Sequence record: LR756501.1
Length of the DNA: 64,000 nt
Reading direction: 5' to 3' (one strand)
Each line of letters begins with the position of its first letter. Position 1 is the stretch's first letter. The notes under the pieces were generated by a model that had not been told where the DNA came from, did not search any database, and was given only the letters and a program-made list of their open reading frames with translations. Below, piece after piece: positions 9,248 to 19,732 of this stretch. The translations under genes and the position numbers were made by a program.

Positions 9248-10654
9248 ATGGTTATAAATTTTGAAGAATATTCTCTAAATGAGAAGTTTGGATTCCCAGA
9301 TTCCCTTGAACCTGTTGTATCCGTCTTAACTGAATATATGATTGATAAAATGAATTGGTGGACGAATAGAAAAGGCGTGGCCAATTATACAGATAGTCAC
9401 CATTTCGATATGAGAGATTTTGATCCATCGATAATTTCAAATAAAGATTTTCCTCTCGCACACATAAATTTGAAATTCTCAATAGTTAAAGGGGGAGCAA
9501 CAAGAACAGGTATAGCAGGATTTGCTTATCCATTTAAACCCAAACGATATAATGATGTTGATTACGACTATTCAAGAATTTATAGAGGTAAAATAAATAT
9601 GTTCTTAGAGTTTAAGACACATATACTTGGCAAATCTATACAAATAGGTAAACTCAGAGAAGAAGCACATACAGTTATAAGACACGAATTACAACATATG
9701 TATGAGACTTATCAAAAACTTATACGTGGTGTAGATATGAATCAAGATTCAACTGTTACAAATTTTAATTGGGTTTTATTGTTTGATGTTTACGATCGTT
9801 ATAAAAAATGTATAACTTTTAGAAGATTTTTCTATCTATTTTATTCCATTTCACACGAAAAAGAATTCAACGCTTTTATGTCTGAGTTCACATCAGGTAA
9901 AGTGAAGACAATTGAGGAAATAACAGCAGGAAATAAGGCTATGGTTATTTTAAAATACGATAATTTTGATAAGTTATATGATGAAATATTAAAGGAATTT
10001 GAAAAATATTATCCAAATGTTGACGTAGAATCATTACCCAAATATATTATTGAAGAAACGACTAAAAGCATTAAGGATCTAAAAGTTGGAATTCCAAATT
10101 GGTTAAAAGAATACGACAAAGATTTTAAAGGATTCCTCTACCAAATGTGGAAAAGAATCCAACTGAAAAAAGAAAAATTCATCAAGAAGTCCAGTAAAAT
10201 ATTTAACTCAAGAAAATTATTAGAATTCTCTCAATTTGCTGAAAGAGACGCTCTTGATCCATACGGCGAAGAAGATTGGGAAGGCGATGAAATAAACGCT
10301 AGAAAACTAGATGAAGAAGATGAAAGAAGAAGAATAGAAGAGGAAGAAATCGAAAGAAGATTACACATGGTTAGAGCCTTTATACATCTAATAGATTGGA
10401 ACTTCGATAGAGAAAATCTAAGTAGGGTCATTATTAAAAATAATAAAATAATCACAAGGGTAGAAGGTAGAGGCGATTATAACGATACATTCAACTATAC
10501 TTATCTAGGTGATACCCTAGTAGTGAGAAAAACATGGGGACCAATGATGAAAGAAGGTCTTTGGATATTTCTTAATGGTATATATGAACCTGAATTCCCT
10601 ATGCAAGAGGCAAATTTATTATACCTTTTCTTTAGAAATAAATGGGAAAATTAA
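9248..10654 (+). CDS. Putative head-packaged protein with HExxH zinc-metallopeptidase motif and DPYGEEDW tag
   Basis: N-terminal MVINFEEYSLNE; IRHELQHMYE; LDPYGEEDW. Confidence 0.75.
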   Translation: MVINFEEYSLNEKFGFPDSLEPVVSVLTEYMIDKMNWWTNRKGVANYTDSHHFDMRDFDPSIISNKDFPLAHINLKFSIVKGGATRTGIAGFAYPFKPKRYNDVDYDYSRIYRGKINMFLEFKTHILGKSIQIGKLREEAHTVIRHELQHMYETYQKLIRGVDMNQDSTVTNFNWVLLFDVYDRYKKCITFRRFFYLFYSISHEKEFNAFMSEFTSGKVKTIEEITAGNKAMVILKYDNFDKLYDEILKEFEKYYPNVDVESLPKYIIEETTKSIKDLKVGIPNWLKEYDKDFKGFLYQMWKRIQLKKEKFIKKSSKIFNSRKLLEFSQFAERDALDPYGEEDWEGDEINARKLDEEDERRRIEEEEIERRLHMVRAFIHLIDWNFDRENLSRVIIKNNKIITRVEGRGDYNDTFNYTYLGDTLVVRKTWGPMMKEGLWIFLNGIYEPEFPMQEANLLYLFFRNKWEN

Positions 10655-11211
10655 CCCCTCTTATATTTTGATTTACCTACTGTATAATACTTCCTGTAAT
10701 TTTTAAACATTTCACCCTTTTGTTCAAAGAATATTTTAAACGCTCTTTTAGATAAATCAGCGTCGTCATTACGCATTATCTTAACTCTTAAAAATTGTTT
10801 AGTCTCGGGATCAAGATCAAATATAGTATTCAAATAATCTTCTTTATTGTAATAAACACCTATACCCTTTATTTTATATTTCAAAAACATTGGATTATCT
10901 ACTCTTCTTCTATGTGATTCCTTTGCCCTATCTGATACATTAGCAGAAGGAACTATAGGACCAAATTTAGCAATAGCCAAAGCATATAATAAATCCCCAT
11001 ATCCTGGTCCCCATATAGAACCTATACAATGAATTCCTCTGTCTTCCATTGTTGTAGTTTGGAAACCTTCATTTACAAACCCAACTATTTCATTGTCCTT
11101 AACAAGAAAAATGATTTTATAGCCGCTCTCATCACTATCGTCATAGAAGATTTCTACGTCGTTCATTTTGCCTATTTGAGCAACTTCAAATATTTTAAAT
11201 GTCTTTATCAT
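10651..11211 (-). CDS. Putative head-packaged protein, possible GNAT-like fold
   Basis: N-terminal MIKTFKIFE; GPGYGDLLY resembles the acetyl-CoA-binding GxGxG motif (weak). Confidence 0.55.
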   Translation of the reverse strand: MIKTFKIFEVAQIGKMNDVEIFYDDSDESGYKIIFLVKDNEIVGFVNEGFQTTTMEDRGIHCIGSIWGPGYGDLLYALAIAKFGPIVPSANVSDRAKESHRRRVDNPMFLKYKIKGIGVYYNKEDYLNTIFDLDPETKQFLRVKIMRNDDADLSKRAFKIFFEQKGEMFKNYRKYYTVGKSKYKRG

Positions 11212-11212
11212 A

Positions 11213-11908
11213 TTATTTCATTATATAAAATACTCCGTCCTTATCCTCATAACTTATCATCTTTTGATTATAAGTGACGTTTTCAAAATGTTTGGACAAT
11301 TCTCTCAAAAGATAATCCGGGTTATAACTATTACAATGTGCCTTACCTAATCTCATCTTAAACACTTTATCCTCACATCTCGTTGGTAAGATATTGAAAG
11401 CCATCCCTTTATTACATTTATTAAATGCCTTAATTAAAATGTTTATAATATCTTCTATTTCGAAGGAATATGTGAAAGTTCCACTAGCGATGAACCAGTC
11501 TGTTTTTTCTTTAACATCTTCTATTGTATTTATCGTGTAGAATTTTGGATTTAATTTAAAACCAAGTAAGTGTTTCATTCTTGTTCCAAATTGACCAATA
11601 GCGTCTCTTATGAAATTTCTATTTATATCAACACCAATATAGTTAACATTTAATCCAATATCTTTTGTGTAACTATATAAATCACCAAACCCACAACCGA
11701 AGTCTAAAATAGAATCGTTATTTTTAACTCCAATTTCTAAAAGATTTTTGAATCTGGTTTTTTGTTCGTTGGGCCCATGTTCCCAATAAACCTTATAAGC
11801 ATTGAACCCTTTGTCCAATTTTTTAGTGGATGTTTTATAACGCTTTCTTTGATTGTTATAAACATCTAAAGTGGCACTCTTATCAAATTCATATAGTTTA
11901 TTGAACAT
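11213..11908 (-). CDS. Class I SAM-dependent methyltransferase
   Basis: ILDFGCGFGDLY (motif I), YIGVDIN, DWFIASGTF. Confidence 0.85.
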   Translation of the reverse strand: MFNKLYEFDKSATLDVYNNQRKRYKTSTKKLDKGFNAYKVYWEHGPNEQKTRFKNLLEIGVKNNDSILDFGCGFGDLYSYTKDIGLNVNYIGVDINRNFIRDAIGQFGTRMKHLLGFKLNPKFYTINTIEDVKEKTDWFIASGTFTYSFEIEDIINILIKAFNKCNKGMAFNILPTRCEDKVFKMRLGKAHCNSYNPDYLLRELSKHFENVTYNQKMISYEDKDGVFYIMK

Positions 11909-11929
11909 AAAACTATATATTAAAATAAA

Positions 11930-13291
11930 TTATTGAGGTTTCTTACCCTCCATACCTTTAGTTGGTATTGGTCTCCCACGTGATTTACTCTTTTTACTCT
12001 TACCCTTCTTTTCACCACCACCCTCTACTTCTCTAAACTTATTATATACGTCTGGGTAAAGTCTTTTATCCGCGTCAATGTTAAAACTTAATTTGAAATA
12101 ATCATTGAAGTTAAGTAAATCAGATTTCTGTAAATTATACTCTCTATTAATATTTAATAACTTATCAACGTGAGCATTTAATTTATCTACAAAATTGTTA
12201 AAGATTTCTACCGTTTGATCATTAAATACACCTACTGGTTTCTTTCTTCTTCTATTAAATGTACCAAGAATAACCTTGAAAATATACTCTATCTTCTTAT
12301 CAGATTTAATATGTTCAATAGTCTTTTTATTATTTAATAAATCAACATTAATCTTAAACTTCTCGTCCTTAAAGAACTGTGGTATGTTAATTTCCCATTC
12401 GTCAATATGCTTCTTCACGTTCTCCATATATTCGTTAAATAATTGGCAAATCAAATCTATATAAATCTCGTCTTTAATATTTGCTTTAACTTTATAAGAC
12501 TTTATATCTATTAATTGGCAGTACTCCAAGAAGTTAAGTATAATCAAACTATACATTTCAACGTACTCTGCTGTGTTTTGATAAGACATTCTTTTATAAA
12601 GTGGATTGAGTACTTCAAAAGACACGTCGTCGTTTCCGTCAACTTTGATGACTATCTTTTCTAAATTGTCGTTGAACTCGTCGTTGTGCATTAAAAATGA
12701 GTTCTTTAACTGGGGATTTAATATATCGTAAAAGAATTTGGCGAAGTTTGCCTCTCCAAAAACGAATTCCAAGTCTTCTTCTGATGTGTGTAAATAAAGA
12801 TTGATAACCTCTAATTGTTTCTGATTCAATTTACCCATAAAAATAACAGGAAGACAATCACAATCAAAAAGATTGGCGTACTCTTGTAACTCAGCGTAAT
12901 CATATTTATATTTATTACCCTTCACAATACAGGTGAGAATAAGATTATTCTTTGGATTTTTAGCGTACTCTATGTTAGCGGGGCAAGCATCGTATGGTGG
13001 GAAATATTCAAAACAGAACCACCAGTTCTTTGATAATAAATCAGTTACATATGAGGGTAACGAGTTAAAGTAATTAAATGCTTGGTTATAAAATTTTTGT
13101 ACGGTAAGGTCGATAAAGTTAAGAGGATCGTTTTTAGTTGATTTTGGTTTAACTATAAATTTATCACCGTCGTATTTAACGAAGATTTTGCTTCCTTGTA
13201 TATCTTCGAAAATAACTAAATTGTTGTTTGTAACTAAATTTAGGAAGTCTTGGGTGTTTTCAACACCAGTTAATTTAATAATTTGCGTCAT
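11930..13291 (-). CDS. RNA-ligase-2-like nucleotidyltransferase fold, apparently lacking the catalytic lysine
   Basis: FEDIQGSKI aligns with EKxxG[ST] motif I; FEYFP, LPVIFMG and EKIVIK echo motifs III, IIIa and IV. Confidence 0.45.
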   Translation of the reverse strand: MTQIIKLTGVENTQDFLNLVTNNNLVIFEDIQGSKIFVKYDGDKFIVKPKSTKNDPLNFIDLTVQKFYNQAFNYFNSLPSYVTDLLSKNWWFCFEYFPPYDACPANIEYAKNPKNNLILTCIVKGNKYKYDYAELQEYANLFDCDCLPVIFMGKLNQKQLEVINLYLHTSEEDLEFVFGEANFAKFFYDILNPQLKNSFLMHNDEFNDNLEKIVIKVDGNDDVSFEVLNPLYKRMSYQNTAEYVEMYSLIILNFLEYCQLIDIKSYKVKANIKDEIYIDLICQLFNEYMENVKKHIDEWEINIPQFFKDEKFKINVDLLNNKKTIEHIKSDKKIEYIFKVILGTFNRRRKKPVGVFNDQTVEIFNNFVDKLNAHVDKLLNINREYNLQKSDLLNFNDYFKLSFNIDADKRLYPDVYNKFREVEGGGEKKGKSKKSKSRGRPIPTKGMEGKKPQ

Positions 13292-13369
13292 AAGAAATTC
13301 TTTTGTTTTTTGAATTTGTAAAGTTATATATTAAAATTCGAGGACCAGAATTTTATATATAGTTGCAAT

Positions 13370-14458
13370 ATGAAAAAATTTAGTCAATATATCAATGAAC
13401 AAAAATATAACGGTGAAGATAACAAGACATTTTTAATTACTAATGATTTGATTAAAAAATTAAGACTTCAATTTAGTAATGATAATTTATGTGTTGATAC
13501 TTTTCCAACGTGGTCACTTCTGCCTAACGGTTCAAAAAATATTGATATGGCTCTTTATATGTTATTCAATGATCTTTTCGAAGATAATACATGTACTTTT
13601 GACGCATATCTTTTAGATGAAGATTATAAATTAATAGAACATCAAACAATTGAAAGAGGGATAATTAGAGAAGCAAATTATATTCAAAGAGCTTTGTATT
13701 TAAGGAAAAATAAATGGGTTTATCGACAAGATTTGATTTTTAAAATAGTAGGTTCTAGATCGGAATATGTTGTTGATAGAAAAAAAGAGATTACAATTCA
13801 TGGAACAAAAAGGGTTGTATCTCTATTCGACCCTTATGGTGAAGAGGTTTGGGAAAGTTTAATTAATGAGAAACTTGGTGTATCTGATGTTGTTTATAGA
13901 ACAGCGGAAAAAATTTACGAACAAAGAAATTTAAAAAAGTGGGAAACAAAATTCAGTAGATCCAATTTAAAAGGTAAAATGACCCTTGATACTAAAGACT
14001 ACGAAGCACCTTTTAACGAAATGAATCTTGTTATACATTTTACCAATAACGAACGACCAAAGAATAGACACGGTGGTATGGATAGAATTGATCAAAACAC
14101 ATACGATATTTACATATATCACCATTGTAACAACGTATTTAGAACACTTGCTCACGAGTTAGATCACGTATATCAAGTTTATTTAAAGAAGGAAAGATAT
14201 AAAACTAATTTTGCTAAGCCTTCTGTATTAAGGAAATCTGAGCAGAGTCCAATTATGATGTCTGTTTACACTCAATTGAAACAAAGAGGCGTAAAGTCAA
14301 AAGAGGAGTTTATAGAGAAGTTAATGAAGTTACCAAAATATAAGAAGTACGTGGAAATACTTGATGATCCAAAAGAAAGTAATAAGAATAAGGCTGTAGC
14401 TGATAAAATGATAAAGAAGATGCATAAGTTGTACGCTGTATTCGCTGATGAAAAATAA
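13370..14458 (+). CDS. Putative head-packaged two-module protein; second module has an HExxH metallopeptidase motif
   Basis: MKKFSQYINE; FDPYGEEVWESLINE|KLG; TLAHELDHVYQ. Confidence 0.75.
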   Translation: MKKFSQYINEQKYNGEDNKTFLITNDLIKKLRLQFSNDNLCVDTFPTWSLLPNGSKNIDMALYMLFNDLFEDNTCTFDAYLLDEDYKLIEHQTIERGIIREANYIQRALYLRKNKWVYRQDLIFKIVGSRSEYVVDRKKEITIHGTKRVVSLFDPYGEEVWESLINEKLGVSDVVYRTAEKIYEQRNLKKWETKFSRSNLKGKMTLDTKDYEAPFNEMNLVIHFTNNERPKNRHGGMDRIDQNTYDIYIYHHCNNVFRTLAHELDHVYQVYLKKERYKTNFAKPSVLRKSEQSPIMMSVYTQLKQRGVKSKEEFIEKLMKLPKYKKYVEILDDPKESNKNKAVADKMIKKMHKLYAVFADEK

Positions 14459-14466
14459 GTTAAAAA

Positions 14467-15264
14467 ATGATGCTTAATTATATGCAATACATAAAAGAAA
14501 CAGAAGATACTTTATCTGGTACAACATCAGATATAAAGATCAAAGTAGAAGGTAAGAACTCTCTAGTTCAAACCCTTATAGATAATCTTTCTTTGGTTGT
14601 TAAGAAAAGAAAATTAAAGAGTGTTCGTATAAAAAGCATTAATGGTTATATCAATAGACAAACCTTTACACATCATGGTAATTTCTACGACACTTATTTA
14701 GAAGTAACTCTTACTAATAAAGACGTTATAGTTGGCGAGTACAAATCTTCTAGTAATAGTGTTCTTGTTAGAGTTAACGATGATATAGTTTACGATATGG
14801 ATAACAGAGCATTTGATAACGAAGTCTTAATTGATAAGATGGTAAATGAATATATTAAATATTTAAAAGAGAAGAGATTCACTATAAATGAAGCAGTTGA
14901 TGAAAAAGAAAATGGTGATAAGGTTTACGATTTTAATAGTATTATAGAACACGGTCACAGGATAGGTGCAAGTGAACAAACACTTAATGACGCTATAAGA
15001 AGAATGTTATTAAACAAAAACGTTACCTTCTGGTCACTTTTAGATGACGACCAAGTTGGATCTTTCGAAAAGACTTCTATCATTAAAGACGTATCTTACC
15101 AGTACGATATGATTCTCGTAACTACTAAGAATAACATGGAAGGATTTATTGATTTAAGTAAACCTGTTACGGTTCACCCTAGTTTTTTTAAAGAGGGGGA
15201 CGCTCTTAGAGGAAAGAAACCAGTAGAAAGAGTGAGATGGTATCATAAAGGAAAATTAAATTAA
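14467..15264 (+). CDS. Putative head-packaged protein ending in VRWYHKGKLN
   Basis: MMLNYMQYIKE; internal FTINE|A; C-terminal tag. Confidence 0.75.
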   Translation: MMLNYMQYIKETEDTLSGTTSDIKIKVEGKNSLVQTLIDNLSLVVKKRKLKSVRIKSINGYINRQTFTHHGNFYDTYLEVTLTNKDVIVGEYKSSSNSVLVRVNDDIVYDMDNRAFDNEVLIDKMVNEYIKYLKEKRFTINEAVDEKENGDKVYDFNSIIEHGHRIGASEQTLNDAIRRMLLNKNVTFWSLLDDDQVGSFEKTSIIKDVSYQYDMILVTTKNNMEGFIDLSKPVTVHPSFFKEGDALRGKKPVERVRWYHKGKLN

Positions 15265-15335
15265 GTTTTGTAATGTAATATTTTTTTATTAAATTTGCCG
15301 ATCAATATATAGAATTAAGAATTATAAAGATAAAC

Positions 15336-16181
15336 ATGAGTCTAAAAGGTTATAAGAAATTCAACGAAGCACGTAGGCACAAACCGAAAGGAAGGCACAG
15401 AGGGGGAAATATGAACACTATCCCTCAACAGCGTTTCCCAAATTCTTCGTGGAAAGAAGACGTGCCAAGGTTCACCAATAAGATTGAACCTCGCGGTATG
15501 AATATGACCTTTTCTGAAAGATTCAAATACATACTTACCAAAATAAGTAAAAAAGGAAATAAAATAGCAAAAGAACTACTTGATCTTCCTAATAAACCTG
15601 AAGCAAAATTCGAATACTCTTATCTCGACCTAACAGGAAGACAAGATACAATGTCTTATTTACCTAATGGAGCAAGAGATATTCCAGAGGAAGAAAGATA
15701 TAAGTCAAATAAAAGACAACATTCCAAGATTTATAAAACCATAAAAACTATATTTGGTAGTAAGTACACAAAGAACGAAGTTACTAAATTTGTTTCCATT
15801 TATAACGAGGTTTATAAACAAGGACCAGATAAAACAGATACGACAAAACCAAAACAATCTGACGAGCAATTACTTAAAAAGATAATTGAAGATACAAAGA
15901 GTGATAAATTAAAATGGAAAAAAGAGACAGGTGCTGGTAATATGGCTAGATATGAAGCCAAAGTTACTATCACAGAAAAGAAATACCTTGTGTTTTGTTT
16001 CTTTCATTTTGATCAGTCTATAAAAGAGGAGGCTATGTCTTTTATAACTATTAATCTTTATAATGATTTAGGTAAGACAAAGGATGATAAGACAATGTGG
16101 ATAAACACTTTACAATTTAAAGATATAACAGATTTCTTACCAGTTTTCAAAGAGAAATTTAAAATAGAAGTAGAAGCCTAA
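15336..16181 (+). CDS. Putative head-packaged protein
   Basis: MSLKGYKKFNE. The DTKSDKLKW segment is shared with the DTENDKIKW segment of the next gene. Confidence 0.7.
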   Translation: MSLKGYKKFNEARRHKPKGRHRGGNMNTIPQQRFPNSSWKEDVPRFTNKIEPRGMNMTFSERFKYILTKISKKGNKIAKELLDLPNKPEAKFEYSYLDLTGRQDTMSYLPNGARDIPEEERYKSNKRQHSKIYKTIKTIFGSKYTKNEVTKFVSIYNEVYKQGPDKTDTTKPKQSDEQLLKKIIEDTKSDKLKWKKETGAGNMARYEAKVTITEKKYLVFCFFHFDQSIKEEAMSFITINLYNDLGKTKDDKTMWINTLQFKDITDFLPVFKEKFKIEVEA

Positions 16182-16783
16182 TGGATCTAAATAAGCCAAA
16201 AGACGTATTAAAAGATTTACTTAGAGATACTGAGAACGATAAAATAAAATGGGACGTTTCCATTGAAGAACAGTTCATTAAGGCTACTCATTATATTGAC
16301 GTGACCAAAAATAAAAAGGTTACTTTTAAATTAGTATATTTCCTCAATCACCCAAAAGGTTCAAAATTAACTATCATCTACGATGTTAGAACAGACTTCT
16401 CAAAAAGATCTGCCACACTAATGGATTTAGGTGGTAAGAATAAAAAATCAGAAGTCAAAGATATATCTTATCTCCTTCATAAAATATTATTAAAAGAAGA
16501 AAGATATAAAGACGTTGAAATCTTCATTGAAGATAAATTCGATATTGGTGATAGAGTGGTTGTTACAAAGGTGCAAGAATTTAACGGTGACGAGCTAGGT
16601 CAAAAGGGAACAATCCTAGCAGAGTTATCAGGAAGAGATAAAGAAGTTCTTTTCTTAATCAAATTTGATAATAAGTTTAGTGATATTATGGTTGACGGGG
16701 AGTTTGCTTTAAACACAGGACAAACAAGAGATGGTAACGCTTGGTCGTTTAAACCTGAAAATATTAAAAGAATTAAGGATTAA
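16181..16783 (+). CDS. Hypothetical protein with C-terminal KOW/SH3-like module
   Basis: FDIGDRVVV...GQKGTI...FLIKFD pattern. Confidence 0.7.
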   Translation: MDLNKPKDVLKDLLRDTENDKIKWDVSIEEQFIKATHYIDVTKNKKVTFKLVYFLNHPKGSKLTIIYDVRTDFSKRSATLMDLGGKNKKSEVKDISYLLHKILLKEERYKDVEIFIEDKFDIGDRVVVTKVQEFNGDELGQKGTILAELSGRDKEVLFLIKFDNKFSDIMVDGEFALNTGQTRDGNAWSFKPENIKRIKD

Positions 16784-17604
16784 CTTATTCTAATAAAATC
16801 GTAATCTTTCACTTTATTAAAAGGAACTATAAATCTAGATCCAGCATTTGTAACAAAGGTGATTTTATTAAAGTTGTCCATATCTATATCAGTAACTTTA
16901 TAACTATTAGACCTAACTCCAATATCTGATCTAGGTGTATAAACTTGATCTAATCTAACGTCATTTGGATCAGAAGGGAAATCATCACCTATTCCAACAG
17001 GATCGTAGTCTTCAATGATATCGTCTTCTAAGGATTTAATCAATTTACCTTTTGAGTACCATTTAACCCCTTCTTTCACTGGTTCTTTAATTGACTTTAT
17101 TACATGTTCTAAAATTAAAAATACTCCTTCTTTACCATTTACTATGTCCACATTGCCTTCTTGGTACCTATGTTGACCTGTTTTAGCTCTATTTGGATTA
17201 CCTTTTACGTAATATCTAGCGTATAGATTACCAACTAGACCGTCTACAAATAAAGCAAAATAATTACTTTTATCTTCTATTAATTCATCGTCTTCTTCCT
17301 TCAATAACTCAATACCAAGTGGATCTTCGGCGTAAATTAATTCGTAACCAAAATCAAAATCACCAACTCTTTCTATCAACCAATCGTATAATTCTTTAAC
17401 CTTATTACGTTCGTCCCATATCTCTTCCCCGTAAGGATCTAAATCTTCGTGTCCTTCTCTCATCAAACAATATTGTTCGTAAGTGGCAATCTTTCTAGCT
17501 GATGGATCACTACCGCCTGCATCCTTATTAGTTTTGGCTTTACCTGATTTCTTCATCAGTTTCTTAAACTGTTTAACGGTGGATTTTCTTGGTAACCCTG
17601 GCAT
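16780..17604 (-). CDS. Modular protein carrying both DPYGEEIW and VKWYSKGKL tags
   Basis: ORF track; both motifs seen in translation. Confidence 0.75.
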   Translation of the reverse strand: MPGLPRKSTVKQFKKLMKKSGKAKTNKDAGGSDPSARKIATYEQYCLMREGHEDLDPYGEEIWDERNKVKELYDWLIERVGDFDFGYELIYAEDPLGIELLKEEDDELIEDKSNYFALFVDGLVGNLYARYYVKGNPNRAKTGQHRYQEGNVDIVNGKEGVFLILEHVIKSIKEPVKEGVKWYSKGKLIKSLEDDIIEDYDPVGIGDDFPSDPNDVRLDQVYTPRSDIGVRSNSYKVTDIDMDNFNKITFVTNAGSRFIVPFNKVKDYDFIRIS

Positions 17605-18674
17605 TAGAAATCATTAATTTTTGGACGTTGACCAGTACCACTTAAAGATTCCCATTCTTTTAAATAACCAGCCAATCCTATATTTCTATAAAACATTATA
17701 ACGTCTCTTCTTTCAACGTGATAATATTTAACAAGGATAAGATTTAATTGATCTATTTTAGCCAGAAATTCATTGAACTCAACGTCTTTATCTACTGATG
17801 TTTTAGCTTGTAAACTATCTACTATTCCAACTAAACTCCTAAGAGAAGTATCTTTTATAAATGAACTCCAACTTTTATATTTATTGAGATAACTATCAAC
17901 TATGTTAAGATTCTCCTTAGTTTCAGGTGGAACGTCGTCTACTTCTCTTTTAGGATTTACTTTTTTAACAGATGGTTTAGGCGGTCTTGTTAGATCGTAA
18001 TTTATTCTACGATGTCCTTCTTCACCAGCATAAAATTCAGTTTTAACTGATTCTGGAGCTAGTTTAAACCAACCTTTAGGTCTATCTAATTTGTTTTGTT
18101 TACCTATTAACATCATAAGTTTCCAACAGTTATCATAGGTGTTATCGTACTTCTTTTGAAAGATAACGTCACTATAAATAAGTTTCATTATATCTGCTGA
18201 ATCCTCTGGTTTCTGTAATATTAAAGATTGTTTGATAACTTCTTCTGAGAAGGATAAATCTTTCATACCAGCTTTATAAGCGTCATCAAGTCTTTTCTTT
18301 TCTTCGTTAACAAAAAGTTGTCTTTTATGTTTGGTTAAATTTGGTTTAAGATAGTGAAGATTATTACGCATCTCTTTTGTGCCTTTAATGTCTCTAACTC
18401 CTAACCAACGAGTATCTTCTTTTTTAAAAAATGTTCTGGCTTTTTGATCTCCTCTTTTCCATCTTTTCATAAAATCATCTAAGAATTTATCTAAAAAGGA
18501 TGGGCTAATAGTAATTTTAAAATCACTCATGAGGACGTTGGACATTTCTTCAACGTCTATGGTTTCTTTGGGTTCGAGCGAAACTATGACGTCGTGCATT
18601 GCGTCTCTTAATTTTCTACTGGAAATCATAGCCATGTCCTCGTTTAAAAAGTCGTTGTAATTTAATTCTAGCAT
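17604..18674 (-). CDS. Putative head-packaged protein
   Basis: MLELNYNDFLNE; late-type motif at 18721-18733. Confidence 0.7.
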   Translation of the reverse strand: MLELNYNDFLNEDMAMISSRKLRDAMHDVIVSLEPKETIDVEEMSNVLMSDFKITISPSFLDKFLDDFMKRWKRGDQKARTFFKKEDTRWLGVRDIKGTKEMRNNLHYLKPNLTKHKRQLFVNEEKKRLDDAYKAGMKDLSFSEEVIKQSLILQKPEDSADIMKLIYSDVIFQKKYDNTYDNCWKLMMLIGKQNKLDRPKGWFKLAPESVKTEFYAGEEGHRRINYDLTRPPKPSVKKVNPKREVDDVPPETKENLNIVDSYLNKYKSWSSFIKDTSLRSLVGIVDSLQAKTSVDKDVEFNEFLAKIDQLNLILVKYYHVERRDVIMFYRNIGLAGYLKEWESLSGTGQRPKINDF

Positions 18675-18790
18675 AATATAATTATATTTTGGAGGAACTA
18701 ACCCCTTTTTTAATATATAACTATATATAAAAATAATTTGTTAAAAAAATCAAACTTTACCTGTAAATAAAAATAAAACAATAAAATAAT

Positions 18791-19066
18791 ATGCCCACTG
18801 TGAAATTAAACCTTAAAGAAAAAATAGCCTATCGATCTTTCGATAGCCAAGATAAATTGAACGAGTTTATGGTAGAATACATATTCAACGCCAAGACTGA
18901 TAAAATTATTTTTAAAGGAGATCCTTGGGAAATAAACCTTAAACTCTTAAAGAAACTTATTGATAAGGAAAATCCACTTGTTGAGAACAACGACATAAGA
19001 GGAGCTTTTAGAAAGATTATACAATTAACTATGAATGAACCTTATTGTGTTATTTACAAAGAGTAG
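18791..19066 (+). CDS. Hypothetical protein
   Basis: ORF track; A-rich leader. Confidence 0.65.
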   Translation: MPTVKLNLKEKIAYRSFDSQDKLNEFMVEYIFNAKTDKIIFKGDPWEINLKLLKKLIDKENPLVENNDIRGAFRKIIQLTMNEPYCVIYKE

Positions 19067-19312
19067 TTAACTTATATAGTCACCAGGACCACTTTGACGA
19101 TCAAAATCACTACTAAAAGATTGGTCTTTTAATATTTTATTCTTATATTCAAGAAAAGCCTTTTGTATTACTCTAACTGACTCTTCCACGTCGCAAGGCT
19201 TTTTCAAATCCACTTTCATCAGAAGATTTACTATTCTTGTAGCGTAAACAAACTCCTCTGGGAGATTCATCTCTTTTGCTGTTGGTTTATTTTCGTCTAA
19301 TATTTCTTTCAT
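19067..19312 (-). CDS. Hypothetical protein
   Basis: ORF track; ATGA overlap. Confidence 0.65.
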   Translation of the reverse strand: MKEILDENKPTAKEMNLPEEFVYATRIVNLLMKVDLKKPCDVEESVRVIQKAFLEYKNKILKDQSFSSDFDRQSGPGDYIS

Positions 19313-19536
19313 AACATTTCATCTATTAATCTTGATCTCATCCAATTTTTTAATTCATCTTCTTTGAAATAAACCAAGAAAGTTCCATCGTTCATTTTAT
19401 GTCCGTCAAGATTATACTTTTCATTTTCTTCTTGGGTTACAAATGTAACAATTTCTTTGGTATCTTCGTCCATACGACTATACCACGCATTTGCGCCAAT
19501 CACCCAACCTTTTTTAGTAATTTTATCAAGACTCAT
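19309..19536 (-). CDS. Small protein with C-terminal RSRLIDEML tail
   Basis: Shared C-terminal motif. Confidence 0.7.
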   Translation of the reverse strand: MSLDKITKKGWVIGANAWYSRMDEDTKEIVTFVTQEENEKYNLDGHKMNDGTFLVYFKEDELKNWMRSRLIDEML

Positions 19537-19732
19537 GTTTATTAGTCATTTCATCTATTAAATTTGTTCTAACTAAATTCTTCATTTCGTTCTTCATTAA
19601 AACAGCCTTTTCGTACATATCATTAATTTTATCTGAATCCATAAACTTTCGGGTTCTATCAAAAGAATTTAATAATTTATCTATACATTCTTTCTCAAAT
19701 GCCACTTGTTCAAATAAATCTTTATCCATCAC
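19526..19732 (-). CDS. Small protein with C-terminal RTNLIDEM tail
   Basis: Shared C-terminal motif. Confidence 0.7.
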   Translation of the reverse strand: MMDKDLFEQVAFEKECIDKLLNSFDRTRKFMDSDKINDMYEKAVLMKNEMKNLVRTNLIDEMTNKHES

